The notes beneath the pieces are model-generated. The model searched no databases and was not told where the DNA came from. It saw only the letters and a program-made list of their open reading frames with translations. Source: a virus (Duplodnaviria > Heunggongvirae > Uroviricota > Caudoviricetes). Taken from it: 64,000 bases of DNA. The stretch's first letter is position 1. Each line of letters starts with the position of its first letter. The DNA lies in the IMG/VR virus record IMGVR_UViG_3300042519_001716; one strand, given 5' to 3'. A program made the translations under genes and the position numbers. This document shows positions 25,428 to 34,948 of this stretch, piece after piece.

Positions 25428-25976
25428 CTAATCAATTTGATACCAAAGATAATTTAGATACTTATGTGTTTCACTATTTAAAGCTCTCCTAATTTCTTTT
25501 GATCTATTTTTTAATTTTTGTGCTGTTCTTTCCTCAGGTAAAACCAAACTCTTAGCGGCACTATGTTTTGTATTGAATATGACCTCTTCTTTTGTTAAGA
25601 GATCTATTCTTTTTATTTTTACCGGTGAGCAATGGGTATACCCCAACACATTAATAGCGTGGTCTCTGTTTTCTTCATCATTGCTCCATTTCAAATTTTC
25701 TAAAACATTGTTTGTTTTATTACCATCCCAATGATTAACCTGATCATACTTATCTGGATCTGGATTGGGTGAAAAGGATTCCAACAATAGTATGTGTACT
25801 CTATGTTTTTTACCAACACCGTTTTTACTCAATTCTATTCTGTGATAACCATCTTCAGTAAGGAACGGTTTGATAAATTTATTTGACCTAATACTAAAGA
25901 TCTGACCATTTTCGGTAATTGTGTAATGTCCTTTGTAATTCTTTACATTTTTCATTTTAATCTCTGAGTTTTCCAT
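25428..25976 (-). CDS. HNH homing endonuclease
   Basis: HYTITENGQIFS..GYHRIELSKNG..HRVHILLLESF..VNHWDGNKTNNVLENLKW. Confidence 0.7.
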   Translation of the reverse strand: MENSEIKMKNVKNYKGHYTITENGQIFSIRSNKFIKPFLTEDGYHRIELSKNGVGKKHRVHILLLESFSPNPDPDKYDQVNHWDGNKTNNVLENLKWSNDEENRDHAINVLGYTHCSPVKIKRIDLLTKEEVIFNTKHSAAKSLVLPEERTAQKLKNRSKEIRRALNSETHKYLNYLWYQID

Positions 25977-25988
25977 TTTGTTTTATTT

Positions 25989-26960
25989 TTATAGTTCGTA
26001 CTTCATTCTGGGAACGAAAACATCTTCATCATCTTCCATCTCGTTTTTCCAAAAATCTTTTGGTAGCTTAGAAATGAATGTTATATCTTCATTTTCATTA
26101 TCAATCCTTATTTCAATTATCTTATGGCCGTCGTTAACCTTTTCTTGAATTTTAAGTTCAACCAATTCAACAAGGTCTTCATAATAATCACAAAACCATT
26201 CTCCGCCAGTATTTCTATCCTTTTCGTTAAAGAAATCATGTAACTCTCTTTCAAGCCTAACACATAATTTTGTTGTCATGGTCCAAGCTCTTAATGCTTT
26301 AACACACATTGGTGATAGTGTTCCACCACTCCTTTTATCAATTGATAACATATCCATTCTATCTGAAACATTTTTACCTATACCAATTTTTTTATCATAA
26401 TGTTTCATTTGAAACTTCTTTGGTCTTTTGTGTGCCATCTTGTCACCCCACTCGGCAATATATAATGAACAGGTTGTTATCTTTTCATTATAGAGACATT
26501 CATCTTCCGAATCTAATATCTTCTCGTCATATATTTTATACCCATTTTTATCTAATGTGTAGTTTTTAAAAGAATCTATTCTAAATTTAAACCCATAACT
26601 GTTGTATGCTTTAATACATTCATAGTTATTTAATTGCTTTTCTAATTCTTTAGCTGTTATAGACGGTGACTCACCGGTGATCTTTTGATTTAGATCGTCT
26701 ATGTTTAATAACGCAATAACATCTCTAATTTCATCTTTAATTGTTTCCGAGATTTCATATACCGAATTTTTTGTTCCACCAGCATCAATAATTTCTCTCT
26801 CTCTTAATAAATTATTCCAGGATAATCTGGATAAAAAAGTGTAATCACATTGAATCTCTTCCACACATCTCAATATGATGTACCATTCATAATAGCCTTG
26901 AGATTTTAGATGTTCATAAATAAATTTCGTGTCTGAACTAGATAGGTAAATTGTTTTCAT
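25989..26960 (-). CDS. hypothetical protein
   Basis: ORF track, 323 aa. Confidence 0.5.
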   Translation of the reverse strand: MKTIYLSSSDTKFIYEHLKSQGYYEWYIILRCVEEIQCDYTFLSRLSWNNLLREREIIDAGGTKNSVYEISETIKDEIRDVIALLNIDDLNQKITGESPSITAKELEKQLNNYECIKAYNSYGFKFRIDSFKNYTLDKNGYKIYDEKILDSEDECLYNEKITTCSLYIAEWGDKMAHKRPKKFQMKHYDKKIGIGKNVSDRMDMLSIDKRSGGTLSPMCVKALRAWTMTTKLCVRLERELHDFFNEKDRNTGGEWFCDYYEDLVELVELKIQEKVNDGHKIIEIRIDNENEDITFISKLPKDFWKNEMEDDEDVFVPRMKYEL

Positions 26961-27179
26961 TCAATATATTATTTTATAATTTTATTATTATCTAATATAG
27001 TGAAAATTTTTTAAATAAAAAAAATCCCCATAAAAAATTATGAAGATTTAGATTTTTGCTGTGATTTAAATTAAAATAATACTTTAAAAATTTCTCTAGC
27101 GAATACAAATGTCGTTGAGAAGACTAATACACCAACAGCAACAGCTATTAGTAACATTATCAATTCACCTATTTCTTCT

Positions 27180-27578
27180 TTAGTTGGTTTTTTCATTTTG
27201 TTTCCTTCTTTTTTTAGCTCTAAACTTTCTTGCATGTTCAAGATTTTCACTTGGTGTTACCCATTCAAGATTCGTTGTTTTATTGTTTCTGGTATTCATA
27301 TTTTTATGATTAACCTGAACATTTTTTTTCCTCGGTTTTTTTAAAAACATTTCAGCAACCAGCCTATGTAAATAATATTTTTTATTTGTACCATCAGGTT
27401 TTAGTAATGTCACTCTACTATATTCAACAGCAGCGCTCATATCTCTCCATGATTTAATTTCGTTCCCTGTAACTGTGTTTAAAATCCTACCACTTCTAGT
27501 GATTAAATACTTACCTTTAAATCCATCAATTTTAATTGGTTTTGCCGCTCTCTTGGGAAACCTTGTTAATGTTTTCAT
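27180..27578 (-). CDS. HNH homing endonuclease
   Basis: YLITRSGRI..HRLVAEMFL..VNHKNMNTRNNKTTNLEWVT. Confidence 0.7.
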   Translation of the reverse strand: MKTLTRFPKRAAKPIKIDGFKGKYLITRSGRILNTVTGNEIKSWRDMSAAVEYSRVTLLKPDGTNKKYYLHRLVAEMFLKKPRKKNVQVNHKNMNTRNNKTTNLEWVTPSENLEHARKFRAKKRRKQNEKTN

Positions 27579-27657
27579 TTTGATATTATTTTACTTTTTT
27601 AATAATAACAAAATATAATTAATAAAATTGTAAAAAACAAATATCTAATTGTATTTT

Positions 27658-28902
27658 TTAATCTTTTTTATCATCTGAAATAGCATCAACCCCGTCAATA
27701 ATAAACTTAGAGCATTTAACTATAATATTTAAGTTCTTCATTATCTTTTCTTTATTTGCTTTCCATAGAACCAAATAAGTTGGATGTTGTGTAACAGGTA
27801 GCTCAAAATATTTCATAATAGCATATGATACAGATTCGGCTTGTAACTCTTTCATTTCCCTGGTGTTAACTGTGTCATCATCAATATAGAATGGTGATTT
27901 TGTTTTCCAGTGTAATAATTCATGTGCCAATTCGTGTGCCAACGTACTTGCTTGACCAACACCAGAGATATCTGATGATAAATTGATATGTCCTCCGGCG
28001 CTATAACCTTTTTCTCCACCCTCAGCGTCAGATTTAGTTAGTTTAATCCCAAGTGTTTCAGCAAACCTACTCAACCTTTCAGTTAATTCATCTGCCACAT
28101 CACTTGGTTCGTTATCAGCATACCATTTTGGCGTCTCTGGAACCTCGCCCTTATCATTTAATGGATATGTGTCTGAGATATCATATACCTTACCCATTTT
28201 GAATCTGGTGATTGTTTTCCCTTTTCTAACAGCGTCATCCACACCGGTAAAATCTATATTGGATGTGTCACCTTCTTCACCTGATTTAACTTGCATTGGG
28301 AACCATATCCATATTACTGTTGCGCCTGTTTTAACTCCTCTATTTTTTTTCCTCCAGGTATTATACCCCGCAACACGCTGAGCGTCTTTCTTTTGTAAAA
28401 ATATTAATAGTGAATTGGTTAAACTATAATTGTGAAACTTACTATAAAATGTTAGATAATTTCTGATTGCTGCATCCATTGCAACCTGATCTGTTGCATT
28501 AGCTAAATCATTGATATACAACTCTAACTGATCCATAATCACATTCTTTTTTGTTGGATCAACATCGGTATCCTGAATAAAAAGCTCAAGCATTTCGAGA
28601 TCTTCAATGATATTACGTATTTTGTTATGTGACTTGATGAGCCCATTAATTGCATCAAATTTATCATAACCACCAACCCAGTGACCAAGTTCACCTTTCC
28701 ACTCAAAACCTAATTTTCCAAATTCTTTATATAAACCATAGGTTTCATTCCCTCTTGCTCTCTTATCTTCTTTGTCAGAAAATATAATTAATCTATTGTT
28801 ATCTGGATCTTTTTTAACAAAGATATCCTCATCAATTTGTGATTCCTTTAGCTTTGGCCAAATTTTGTGTAGCTGAGATTCGGTTATAATAATCTTTTTC
28901 AT
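27658..28902 (-). CDS. ArdC-like protein: N-terminal ssDNA-binding-like region plus C-terminal HExxH metallopeptidase
   Basis: YNTWRKKNRGVKTGATVIWIWFP resembles the ArdC N-domain; LAHELAHELLHW zinc-peptidase motif. Confidence 0.5.
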   Translation of the reverse strand: MKKIIITESQLHKIWPKLKESQIDEDIFVKKDPDNNRLIIFSDKEDKRARGNETYGLYKEFGKLGFEWKGELGHWVGGYDKFDAINGLIKSHNKIRNIIEDLEMLELFIQDTDVDPTKKNVIMDQLELYINDLANATDQVAMDAAIRNYLTFYSKFHNYSLTNSLLIFLQKKDAQRVAGYNTWRKKNRGVKTGATVIWIWFPMQVKSGEEGDTSNIDFTGVDDAVRKGKTITRFKMGKVYDISDTYPLNDKGEVPETPKWYADNEPSDVADELTERLSRFAETLGIKLTKSDAEGGEKGYSAGGHINLSSDISGVGQASTLAHELAHELLHWKTKSPFYIDDDTVNTREMKELQAESVSYAIMKYFELPVTQHPTYLVLWKANKEKIMKNLNIIVKCSKFIIDGVDAISDDKKD

Positions 28903-28918
28903 ACATATAAATATAAAA

Positions 28919-28944
28919 AAACCCGGAATAATCCGGGTCTTATA
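28919..28944 (-). terminator. bidirectional Rho-independent terminator (AAAAAAACCCGGA-ATAAT-TCCGGGT)
   Basis: 6-bp GC stem with A-run on one side and T-run on the reverse strand. Confidence 0.65.
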
Positions 28945-29361
28945 TTATCTATTATCCTTGATATCGATATAGTTATGGTGAAAATCGGTTCCTAGCTTGT
29001 TAAGAATTAGTCTAGCTCTCAACCTAAATAGATCATCATACTGACAATGATCCTTAAATTTGAGTAACTGGTGTCTTATTGTTGTGTGATCTCTATCACC
29101 CAGAATCTTGCCAATTGAAACAAGGGTCATGTTTAGTTTAATTTTTAAAGCACCGGATAAAAGTTTTCTACTATTAACGATTTCTGTTTTTCTAGACACA
29201 GACGATAACTCTTCTAGAGTAACATTACCTTCTTTACAAATTACCTCGATGATTTCTTCTTTTGTCATAATTGTTTTTTCATAGTTAAGATAAGGGTATG
29301 TTTCTTTAGAAAGCCCAGCCGTTTTTAAGCCGGGGAAACTGTAGGGGCTAATCATTTCCAT
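28945..29361 (-). CDS. DnaA domain IV-like helix-turn-helix protein
   Basis: SRKTEIVNSRKLL..SIGKILGDRDHTTIRHQL matches the DnaA C-terminal DNA-binding signature (RDHTTV). Confidence 0.65.
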   Translation of the reverse strand: MEMISPYSFPGLKTAGLSKETYPYLNYEKTIMTKEEIIEVICKEGNVTLEELSSVSRKTEIVNSRKLLSGALKIKLNMTLVSIGKILGDRDHTTIRHQLLKFKDHCQYDDLFRLRARLILNKLGTDFHHNYIDIKDNR

Positions 29362-29415
29362 ATTTTCATGTTTTCACAAATATATTCACATTTGTGATTC
29401 CACCCAAATATATTT

Positions 29416-30033
29416 TTAGAATGGCATCTCATCTAAAACTCCATATACTGATGGTTTTTCATTAAATCTATTTGTAACAATTCTATAAATGTTTCTAGTT
29501 AGTTCTATATCATATTCAGCATTGTGTAATTTAGATTCATCTATCTCAATACCAACCGCTCTAGCTGTAGACATCAACTTAAAATTTTCCATACCAACAC
29601 GTACATCCGCTAGATATTCTGATGCCAGGACCATTACATCAATAGTGTTACCCCAGAACCATGAATTAAAATAATCATCTTTTTGATGTCTCACATAAAA
29701 CTCTCTCAAAAATGCATTATCAAACGCCGCGTTATTATATCCAACAAGAAACATTTTGTCTTTCTTATCAAACTTTTTAACATACCTTGACAACATTCGC
29801 ATAAACTCTGCGAATACCTCTTCAGCTGGCGGATAAGCCATGATCTGTTCTTCGGTGACGTTAGATGTCTCCAGGGCTTTTGGAACGATTACAGCACCTT
29901 CAAATGGCTTAATTTTAAAGTTAAATGACTCGATAATTGTACCATCGAGTTCAATACAACCAGAGAACTGGTGAATAGCATTAGTTTTGTAATCTAACCC
30001 TGTTGTTTCTAAGTCAAAGAATAGCTTTTTCAT
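29416..30033 (-). CDS. DEDDh 3'-5' exonuclease (DnaQ-like)
   Basis: LFFDLETTGLD and HNAEYDIELT motifs. Confidence 0.7.
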   Translation of the reverse strand: MKKLFFDLETTGLDYKTNAIHQFSGCIELDGTIIESFNFKIKPFEGAVIVPKALETSNVTEEQIMAYPPAEEVFAEFMRMLSRYVKKFDKKDKMFLVGYNNAAFDNAFLREFYVRHQKDDYFNSWFWGNTIDVMVLASEYLADVRVGMENFKLMSTARAVGIEIDESKLHNAEYDIELTRNIYRIVTNRFNEKPSVYGVLDEMPF

Positions 30034-30034
30034 G

Positions 30035-30505
30035 TTATTGTTTTTTTATGCACCAGATCCTTAAGTCTGATAGTTTAGATATGATTGGACGTTGTGTTTT
30101 GGGTGACACCATAATAACCTGGTCATCCTCTAGTATGTCTCGTAAGATCCATTTTGCTACAGGATTAGCCCAGGTTGTGGTGTACTCATTACCTATCTTG
30201 ATTTCTTTTGGTTCCTCTTTAATGTAAAGATTTTCAACAACATCAACATTTTCTTTCCAATGAATAAAATCTAATTTAAAGTGTTTACACAATTTTCTTA
30301 AGAAAGTGTCTTTAGATTCAATTGTTGTTCTATTGGCGGTCATATTAAAGACCTTGAAAACATATGGGTTGTTCTTTATTGGAACTAAATCAATTAGGAA
30401 ACTAATTTTAGCTGTATCAACTACAATCTGATCCTTAGCGAAATCTCGATAAGGGATATTGTATTTTTTAAATAAATCAATGTTTCTGATTGGTTGACTC
30501 GCCAT
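30035..30505 (-). CDS. hypothetical protein
   Basis: ORF track, 156 aa. Confidence 0.5.
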   Translation of the reverse strand: MASQPIRNIDLFKKYNIPYRDFAKDQIVVDTAKISFLIDLVPIKNNPYVFKVFNMTANRTTIESKDTFLRKLCKHFKLDFIHWKENVDVVENLYIKEEPKEIKIGNEYTTTWANPVAKWILRDILEDDQVIMVSPKTQRPIISKLSDLRIWCIKKQ

Positions 30506-30547
30506 TATATTAATATAGTGAAAAAAAATTGTAACTCAAAATAATAT

Positions 30548-31024
30548 TTAATCCTCTTTTGATCTATCCCATTTAGCTTTCCTAGCCGCAGGTGACATAA
30601 CCCATCGCTCATCAATTGTATGTTTAGTGGTGGCGAAGATACATGTTGTTGGTTGCTTAGAATTCTTTAAGTAATTGTTGATATATCCCATTATATTATG
30701 AGCACCTATTGGATTAGCTGAGTGCACATATATTTGAGGTAACGGTATATTGTGTGTCATGCTTTCTGACACCAAAAACTTTGCGGCATCATAACCGGTC
30801 TTCTCGTATATATTACTATAATCTAATGTTGAATTATTTTTAACGTTAGTATAGTATTCAACCATCGCTTGTTCGCCTAGATCGTGATCTAAGGATATAA
30901 CTTCAAATGATGCGAGGCCATATCGTTTTATTTCAGCAACAAATTCCTCGTAACTCCTGACTAATATCCAATGATCACCAACAGGTATTCTAACATCATC
31001 CAGGTACAAATATTTTTTTTCCAT
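30548..31024 (-). CDS. hypothetical protein
   Basis: ORF track, 158 aa (YLDDVRIP..ISLDHDLG). Confidence 0.5.
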   Translation of the reverse strand: MEKKYLYLDDVRIPVGDHWILVRSYEEFVAEIKRYGLASFEVISLDHDLGEQAMVEYYTNVKNNSTLDYSNIYEKTGYDAAKFLVSESMTHNIPLPQIYVHSANPIGAHNIMGYINNYLKNSKQPTTCIFATTKHTIDERWVMSPAARKAKWDRSKED

Positions 31025-31033
31025 TTTTTTTAA

Positions 31034-31591
31034 TTAAGCATATGTCGAGTCAAGATAAGTTACGGAATCACTTCCAGAATATTGTAGATACCAGTTACCG
31101 TTTTCATCTAACCATGCGTATGGTTCATTCGGGCTAACTTCATCTTGCCAACCATATTTTGAATAGAACTCATAATCTTTTCTAAGTAAATTTGCTCTAT
31201 GTGATAGATAGAAAACCGGATTATTAATCCAATCAGGCAATGGAACACAACCATTATGTTCCTCGACTTCCATATTATTTTTAAATCCTCTTTCTTCCCA
31301 TACCATTAATGATATGTTAAAATATTCTTTCAATGCATTCTCATATCCACGCCACATTCTAACACAAGGGTGATTTAACCAACCTTTATATGGCTCTCCA
31401 TCTTTTCTTGGTCTGTTCAACAAAACATTTAATATTTGTTTCGCTTCAACTCTTTGTTTTCCTAATCTTTTATTATCCAAAGATTTTAATGAATCATAAA
31501 AACTCGGATAGGTCATGAATGTTTGCATAATATTGTTAGTTAACTGGTTTATATAATATAGGAGCTGTGCCGTAAACAGGAAGTTTACCAT
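31034..31591 (-). CDS. possible pyrimidine-dimer DNA glycosylase-like protein (DenV family); true start probably internal (MQTFM.. or MTYPS..)
   Basis: MTYPSFYDSLKSLDNKRLGKQRVEAKQIL loosely aligns with T4 endoV N-terminus [28 protein letters not shown]; track start overlaps upstream gene by 55 nt. Confidence 0.35.
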   Translation of the reverse strand: MVNFLFTAQLLYYINQLTNNIMQTFMTYPSFYDSLKSLDNKRLGKQRVEAKQILNVLLNRPRKDGEPYKGWLNHPCVRMWRGYENALKEYFNISLMVWEERGFKNNMEVEEHNGCVPLPDWINNPVFYLSHRANLLRKDYEFYSKYGWQDEVSPNEPYAWLDENGNWYLQYSGSDSVTYLDSTYA

Positions 31592-32450
31592 CCCATTTGT
31601 TTATATATTCTAATTGTAATAATAGTGGTGTTAATGTAACTTGCTTCATTCTATTTGCTTCGGCCTCGGCCTTAGCTGATGTTAGCATAGCCTGAGCGTT
31701 ACCCTCTGCTGTTGCCACTTTAATCTTAGCTTCTGCTTCTGCTTGTTTAACTTTATTCTCTGCCATCAACGCACCTTGAACAGCATTGTTCTTGGCCTCA
31801 ATTGCTTTCTTAAATGTTTCAGGATAAACCAAGTTAGATGTCAACTGATTAATAATAAAACCTTCTGGTAACAAACTAGCGTCTAATGTTGCTCTTACTT
31901 TTGTTTCAAACAATTGACGATTACTAATCAATTCTTCTGCAGTATAAAAGTTTGCTGTCATTCTGAATGCATCATAAATGTTTGTCTTTAAAAAACCATC
32001 TTCGATTTCACCTAAACTTCTGCGGTACTTAGCGAAGATCGATGGTACCTTCTCGCGCTTAACAGAATAGTTTACGATTGGAGAAATGTGAAACTCACTA
32101 CCGTCTTTTGAGTTTACAATGAATGCATTCTCTCCGGAATATTCTTTATGTTGAATGTATGTTGGGAACTCGTAGATATTATGTGTAATTGGATTATAGA
32201 AGACCATTCCGGTAACTTCTGTCACATCACTAACACCTTTGTTATCACCATAGAGGTTCACTTTAACACCCACATGTCCAGCATCAATTCTCTCGCAAGA
32301 GAAAAATAACATTGTTAATAGAAAGAATCCCAATACTGCTGCTCCGATTGTTTTCATAAGTTTTTTTCTTTTTAATTGTTGTTCTAATTTTAATTGTTCA
32401 CGTTGTTTTTCTTGACGAATGTATCGTTCTTCAAATGATTCTAGTGCCAT
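31536..32450 (-). CDS. SPFH/band-7 (prohibitin/stomatin-like) membrane protein
   Basis: N-terminal TM helix, HVGVKVNLYG..EFPTYIQ core and C-terminal Ala/Glu coiled-coil typical of the SPFH family. Confidence 0.65.
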   Translation of the reverse strand: MALESFEERYIRQEKQREQLKLEQQLKRKKLMKTIGAAVLGFFLLTMLFFSCERIDAGHVGVKVNLYGDNKGVSDVTEVTGMVFYNPITHNIYEFPTYIQHKEYSGENAFIVNSKDGSEFHISPIVNYSVKREKVPSIFAKYRRSLGEIEDGFLKTNIYDAFRMTANFYTAEELISNRQLFETKVRATLDASLLPEGFIINQLTSNLVYPETFKKAIEAKNNAVQGALMAENKVKQAEAEAKIKVATAEGNAQAMLTSAKAEAEANRMKQVTLTPLLLQLEYINKWDGKLPVYGTAPILYKPVN

Positions 32451-32451
32451 A

Positions 32452-32871
32452 TTATTTTTTATTTATTGACTTTACAACCTTACTATGTGGTTTCATTGGA
32501 AACTCCGGTTTGGGGTTTTTCTTTCTGGTTTTTACAAATGGTTCATCACTCTTAACACCATCAAATTGTTTAGTGTTTCTTTTCTTTTTAAGAATTTCTT
32601 CTTTGGGAATGTAATCTAATTCGGTTTCACCCAACTTAATTTCATCAAGAGATGATTCAAAAATGTTTTTAAAGCGAGCAAAATAACCTGGAGCTAAATA
32701 AATGAATAGCAACGTTGTTACAATACCGATTAATGCTGAAATTATATTTAATATTGTATTTGGTTCCGTTAATCCAGGAAACACAATGAATTCAAATACT
32801 AATACAATCCCAATAACCATTCCAACAAGATCTAACATGCCAGAATTAAAAAATGTTTTTATCTTTTTCAT
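32452..32871 (-). CDS. small two-TM membrane protein, co-operonic with SPFH gene
   Basis: two hydrophobic helices; 2-nt gap to the SPFH gene. Confidence 0.45.
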   Translation of the reverse strand: MKKIKTFFNSGMLDLVGMVIGIVLVFEFIVFPGLTEPNTILNIISALIGIVTTLLFIYLAPGYFARFKNIFESSLDEIKLGETELDYIPKEEILKKKRNTKQFDGVKSDEPFVKTRKKNPKPEFPMKPHSKVVKSINKK

Positions 32872-32884
32872 AACTTATTTTTTT

Positions 32885-33196
32885 TTAATATAAATCTTCA
32901 GAATATAATTCCTTAAATGTTGTGTCTGATATAATTTGGTTAGCCTCTCTTGCTATTTTCATACCCTCATATCTATCCACAAATCTATTGGTATTTGTAA
33001 CAAATCCCTGAACCGATTCTCCGGCACAATCTTCACCATTTGTACAAGTCCTTTTACCTAATAAAATCACCATAGTACGGATAATATCAGCATGTCTATG
33101 TCCTTCTACAACTAAACCTGTTTCAATGTTTATAGGTTTGTATTTGGGAGTTGGTATATCCTTATACCAAATTGCTGCACAATATATTCTTTCCAT
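32885..33196 (-). CDS. hypothetical protein
   Basis: ORF track, 103 aa. Confidence 0.45.
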   Translation of the reverse strand: MERIYCAAIWYKDIPTPKYKPINIETGLVVEGHRHADIIRTMVILLGKRTCTNGEDCAGESVQGFVTNTNRFVDRYEGMKIAREANQIISDTTFKELYSEDLY

Positions 33197-33206
33197 AACT
33201 TATTTT

Positions 33207-33395
33207 TTAATCTTCTTCGTCAATCACCCATTCTGCATGACATCCACCACCCTCACCATTATCATATAATTTTTTACAGTCATCACAAAAGTGAGATGCC
33301 GCATACTCCCAAGCTTCTTCACTAGAATTAAACCCACCCTTAGATGGGTCACCAAAATCAGATGCGGGCATATAAATTGCTTCCCATTTTTTCAT
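33207..33395 (-). CDS. small Cys-containing protein
   Basis: ORF track, 62 aa, CDDC..GGGCH. Confidence 0.4.
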   Translation of the reverse strand: MKKWEAIYMPASDFGDPSKGGFNSSEEAWEYAASHFCDDCKKLYDNGEGGGCHAEWVIDEED

Positions 33396-33538
33396 TTTCT
33401 AAAATTTACCCCATTGGGATTTATCTCGGTTTTGTTCGGCAATTTTAATACCTAACCAAATCTCGTTAAATAATTGTTTAACCTTGTTAATTATTAATTT
33501 CATAATCTAATATAACTAAAATAATCCGAAATAAAAAA

Positions 33539-34207
33539 TTATTGATCAACATTTTGCATATCGTCCATATGATGATCATCAACACCAAGCTCGAAACCAA
33601 TTTCTCTTTTCTTCATATCATTTAATATTTTTTTCAAATCATATGGCGCGAACTCTGGGTTACCATCCATCCCCACGTCCATTCTACGTCCATTACCGAA
33701 CTTTTTATGGTTAGGTAGGTGACAATGGCCATGAAGGTGAACACGTCCCTTACGAAGCCCATTCCACGATGCAATTGGATAGTGACACATCTCAATTGTT
33801 TCACCTTGATATGAAAATTGTTCGAACCAACTCACACTTAAGAATTTACTTCTGATCTTATCTCTGTTTCTGTCGATGTGATGGTCGTGATTACCTAATA
33901 CCAAATGTATATTCTTGCAAATTAGTCTATTGTGAAACTCCTCAATGTTTTCAAACCCACCGAATGACCAATCACCCAAATGAATTAACACATCATCTTG
34001 ACCAACAACTTCGTTGATGTTATTAACAATCGCCGAATTCATCTTATCGAGAGTTTCGAAGTTTCTTGTTTGTGATTCGGGAACAGAACCATCTGGCATT
34101 CTCCAATTGGTCACACCTCTACATATGTTTTTATGATTGTAGTGTGTGTCGGATGTTATCCAAACTTTAATATCGTTATCTATCTTAATCATACTAACAA
34201 AAATCAT
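33539..34207 (-). CDS. calcineurin-like metallophosphoesterase
   Basis: TSDTHYNH, LGDWSFGG, GNHDHH and GHCHLP motif order. Confidence 0.7.
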   Translation of the reverse strand: MIFVSMIKIDNDIKVWITSDTHYNHKNICRGVTNWRMPDGSVPESQTRNFETLDKMNSAIVNNINEVVGQDDVLIHLGDWSFGGFENIEEFHNRLICKNIHLVLGNHDHHIDRNRDKIRSKFLSVSWFEQFSYQGETIEMCHYPIASWNGLRKGRVHLHGHCHLPNHKKFGNGRRMDVGMDGNPEFAPYDLKKILNDMKKREIGFELGVDDHHMDDMQNVDQ

Positions 34208-34694
34208 CTGATGATGAAACTCTTAATCCGTCTATAATTCTATCGTCATATTTAGGGTCATCAAAAAATGAACCGGCTCCTTTTGAACGTTGTTCTTTTC
34301 TGTAGTCTTGATTTACAACCCAACCATCTGGTTCACCCCAATCAAGTGCCATTATAATAAACTCTTCAACATTACATTCATCACCATACTCATCCACAAC
34401 TCTACCTGAACGAATAAACTCTAATAGAGTTTCTTTATCTTGATAATATTTCTCCTTGTGAAAATTCCAACAGAATTTCCAACCGGAACTTCTTTTACCT
34501 AAATGTATATTGGTATCTTCTAAAAACATTTCCCATGGTGAAAACCATTCCCATTCTTTTCTTGGACTGATGAATTTAAATCCACTCTCAACATTCTCAG
34601 GTGATAAATCAAGATTATTCACAAACCCAATTAAGGTTTGTTTACGAGATTCCATTTCCTCTACGGTTGGTATGCGATAGTAGTTAGTCCCCAT
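34194..34694 (-). CDS. hypothetical protein
   Basis: ORF track, 166 aa. Confidence 0.5.
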   Translation of the reverse strand: MGTNYYRIPTVEEMESRKQTLIGFVNNLDLSPENVESGFKFISPRKEWEWFSPWEMFLEDTNIHLGKRSSGWKFCWNFHKEKYYQDKETLLEFIRSGRVVDEYGDECNVEEFIIMALDWGEPDGWVVNQDYRKEQRSKGAGSFFDDPKYDDRIIDGLRVSSSDDFC

Positions 34695-34947
34695 AGTTAA
34701 TATATTTTGGATGTTTCATTTGTTTTATGAATTGTTTCTTAACAATCCACTCTTTTATTTCTTCGTTTGCCGTTTCTAATGTTGGATATGCAAAACGGGA
34801 TTCTTCCCATCTTAACCCAACCCTTTGTGTTGGTATATAGAAAACATGATCATCATTATGACGAATCACAAGAACTTTATAATTAACACACGATTGTACC
34901 GATAACACTCCCATTATCGATACCACTAATAAAATTATTTTTTTCAT
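34684..34947 (-). CDS. small putative lipoprotein
   Basis: MKKIILLVVSIMGVLSVQSC signal with lipobox. Confidence 0.45.
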   Translation of the reverse strand: MKKIILLVVSIMGVLSVQSCVNYKVLVIRHNDDHVFYIPTQRVGLRWEESRFAYPTLETANEEIKEWIVKKQFIKQMKHPKYINYGD

Positions 34948-34948
34948 C

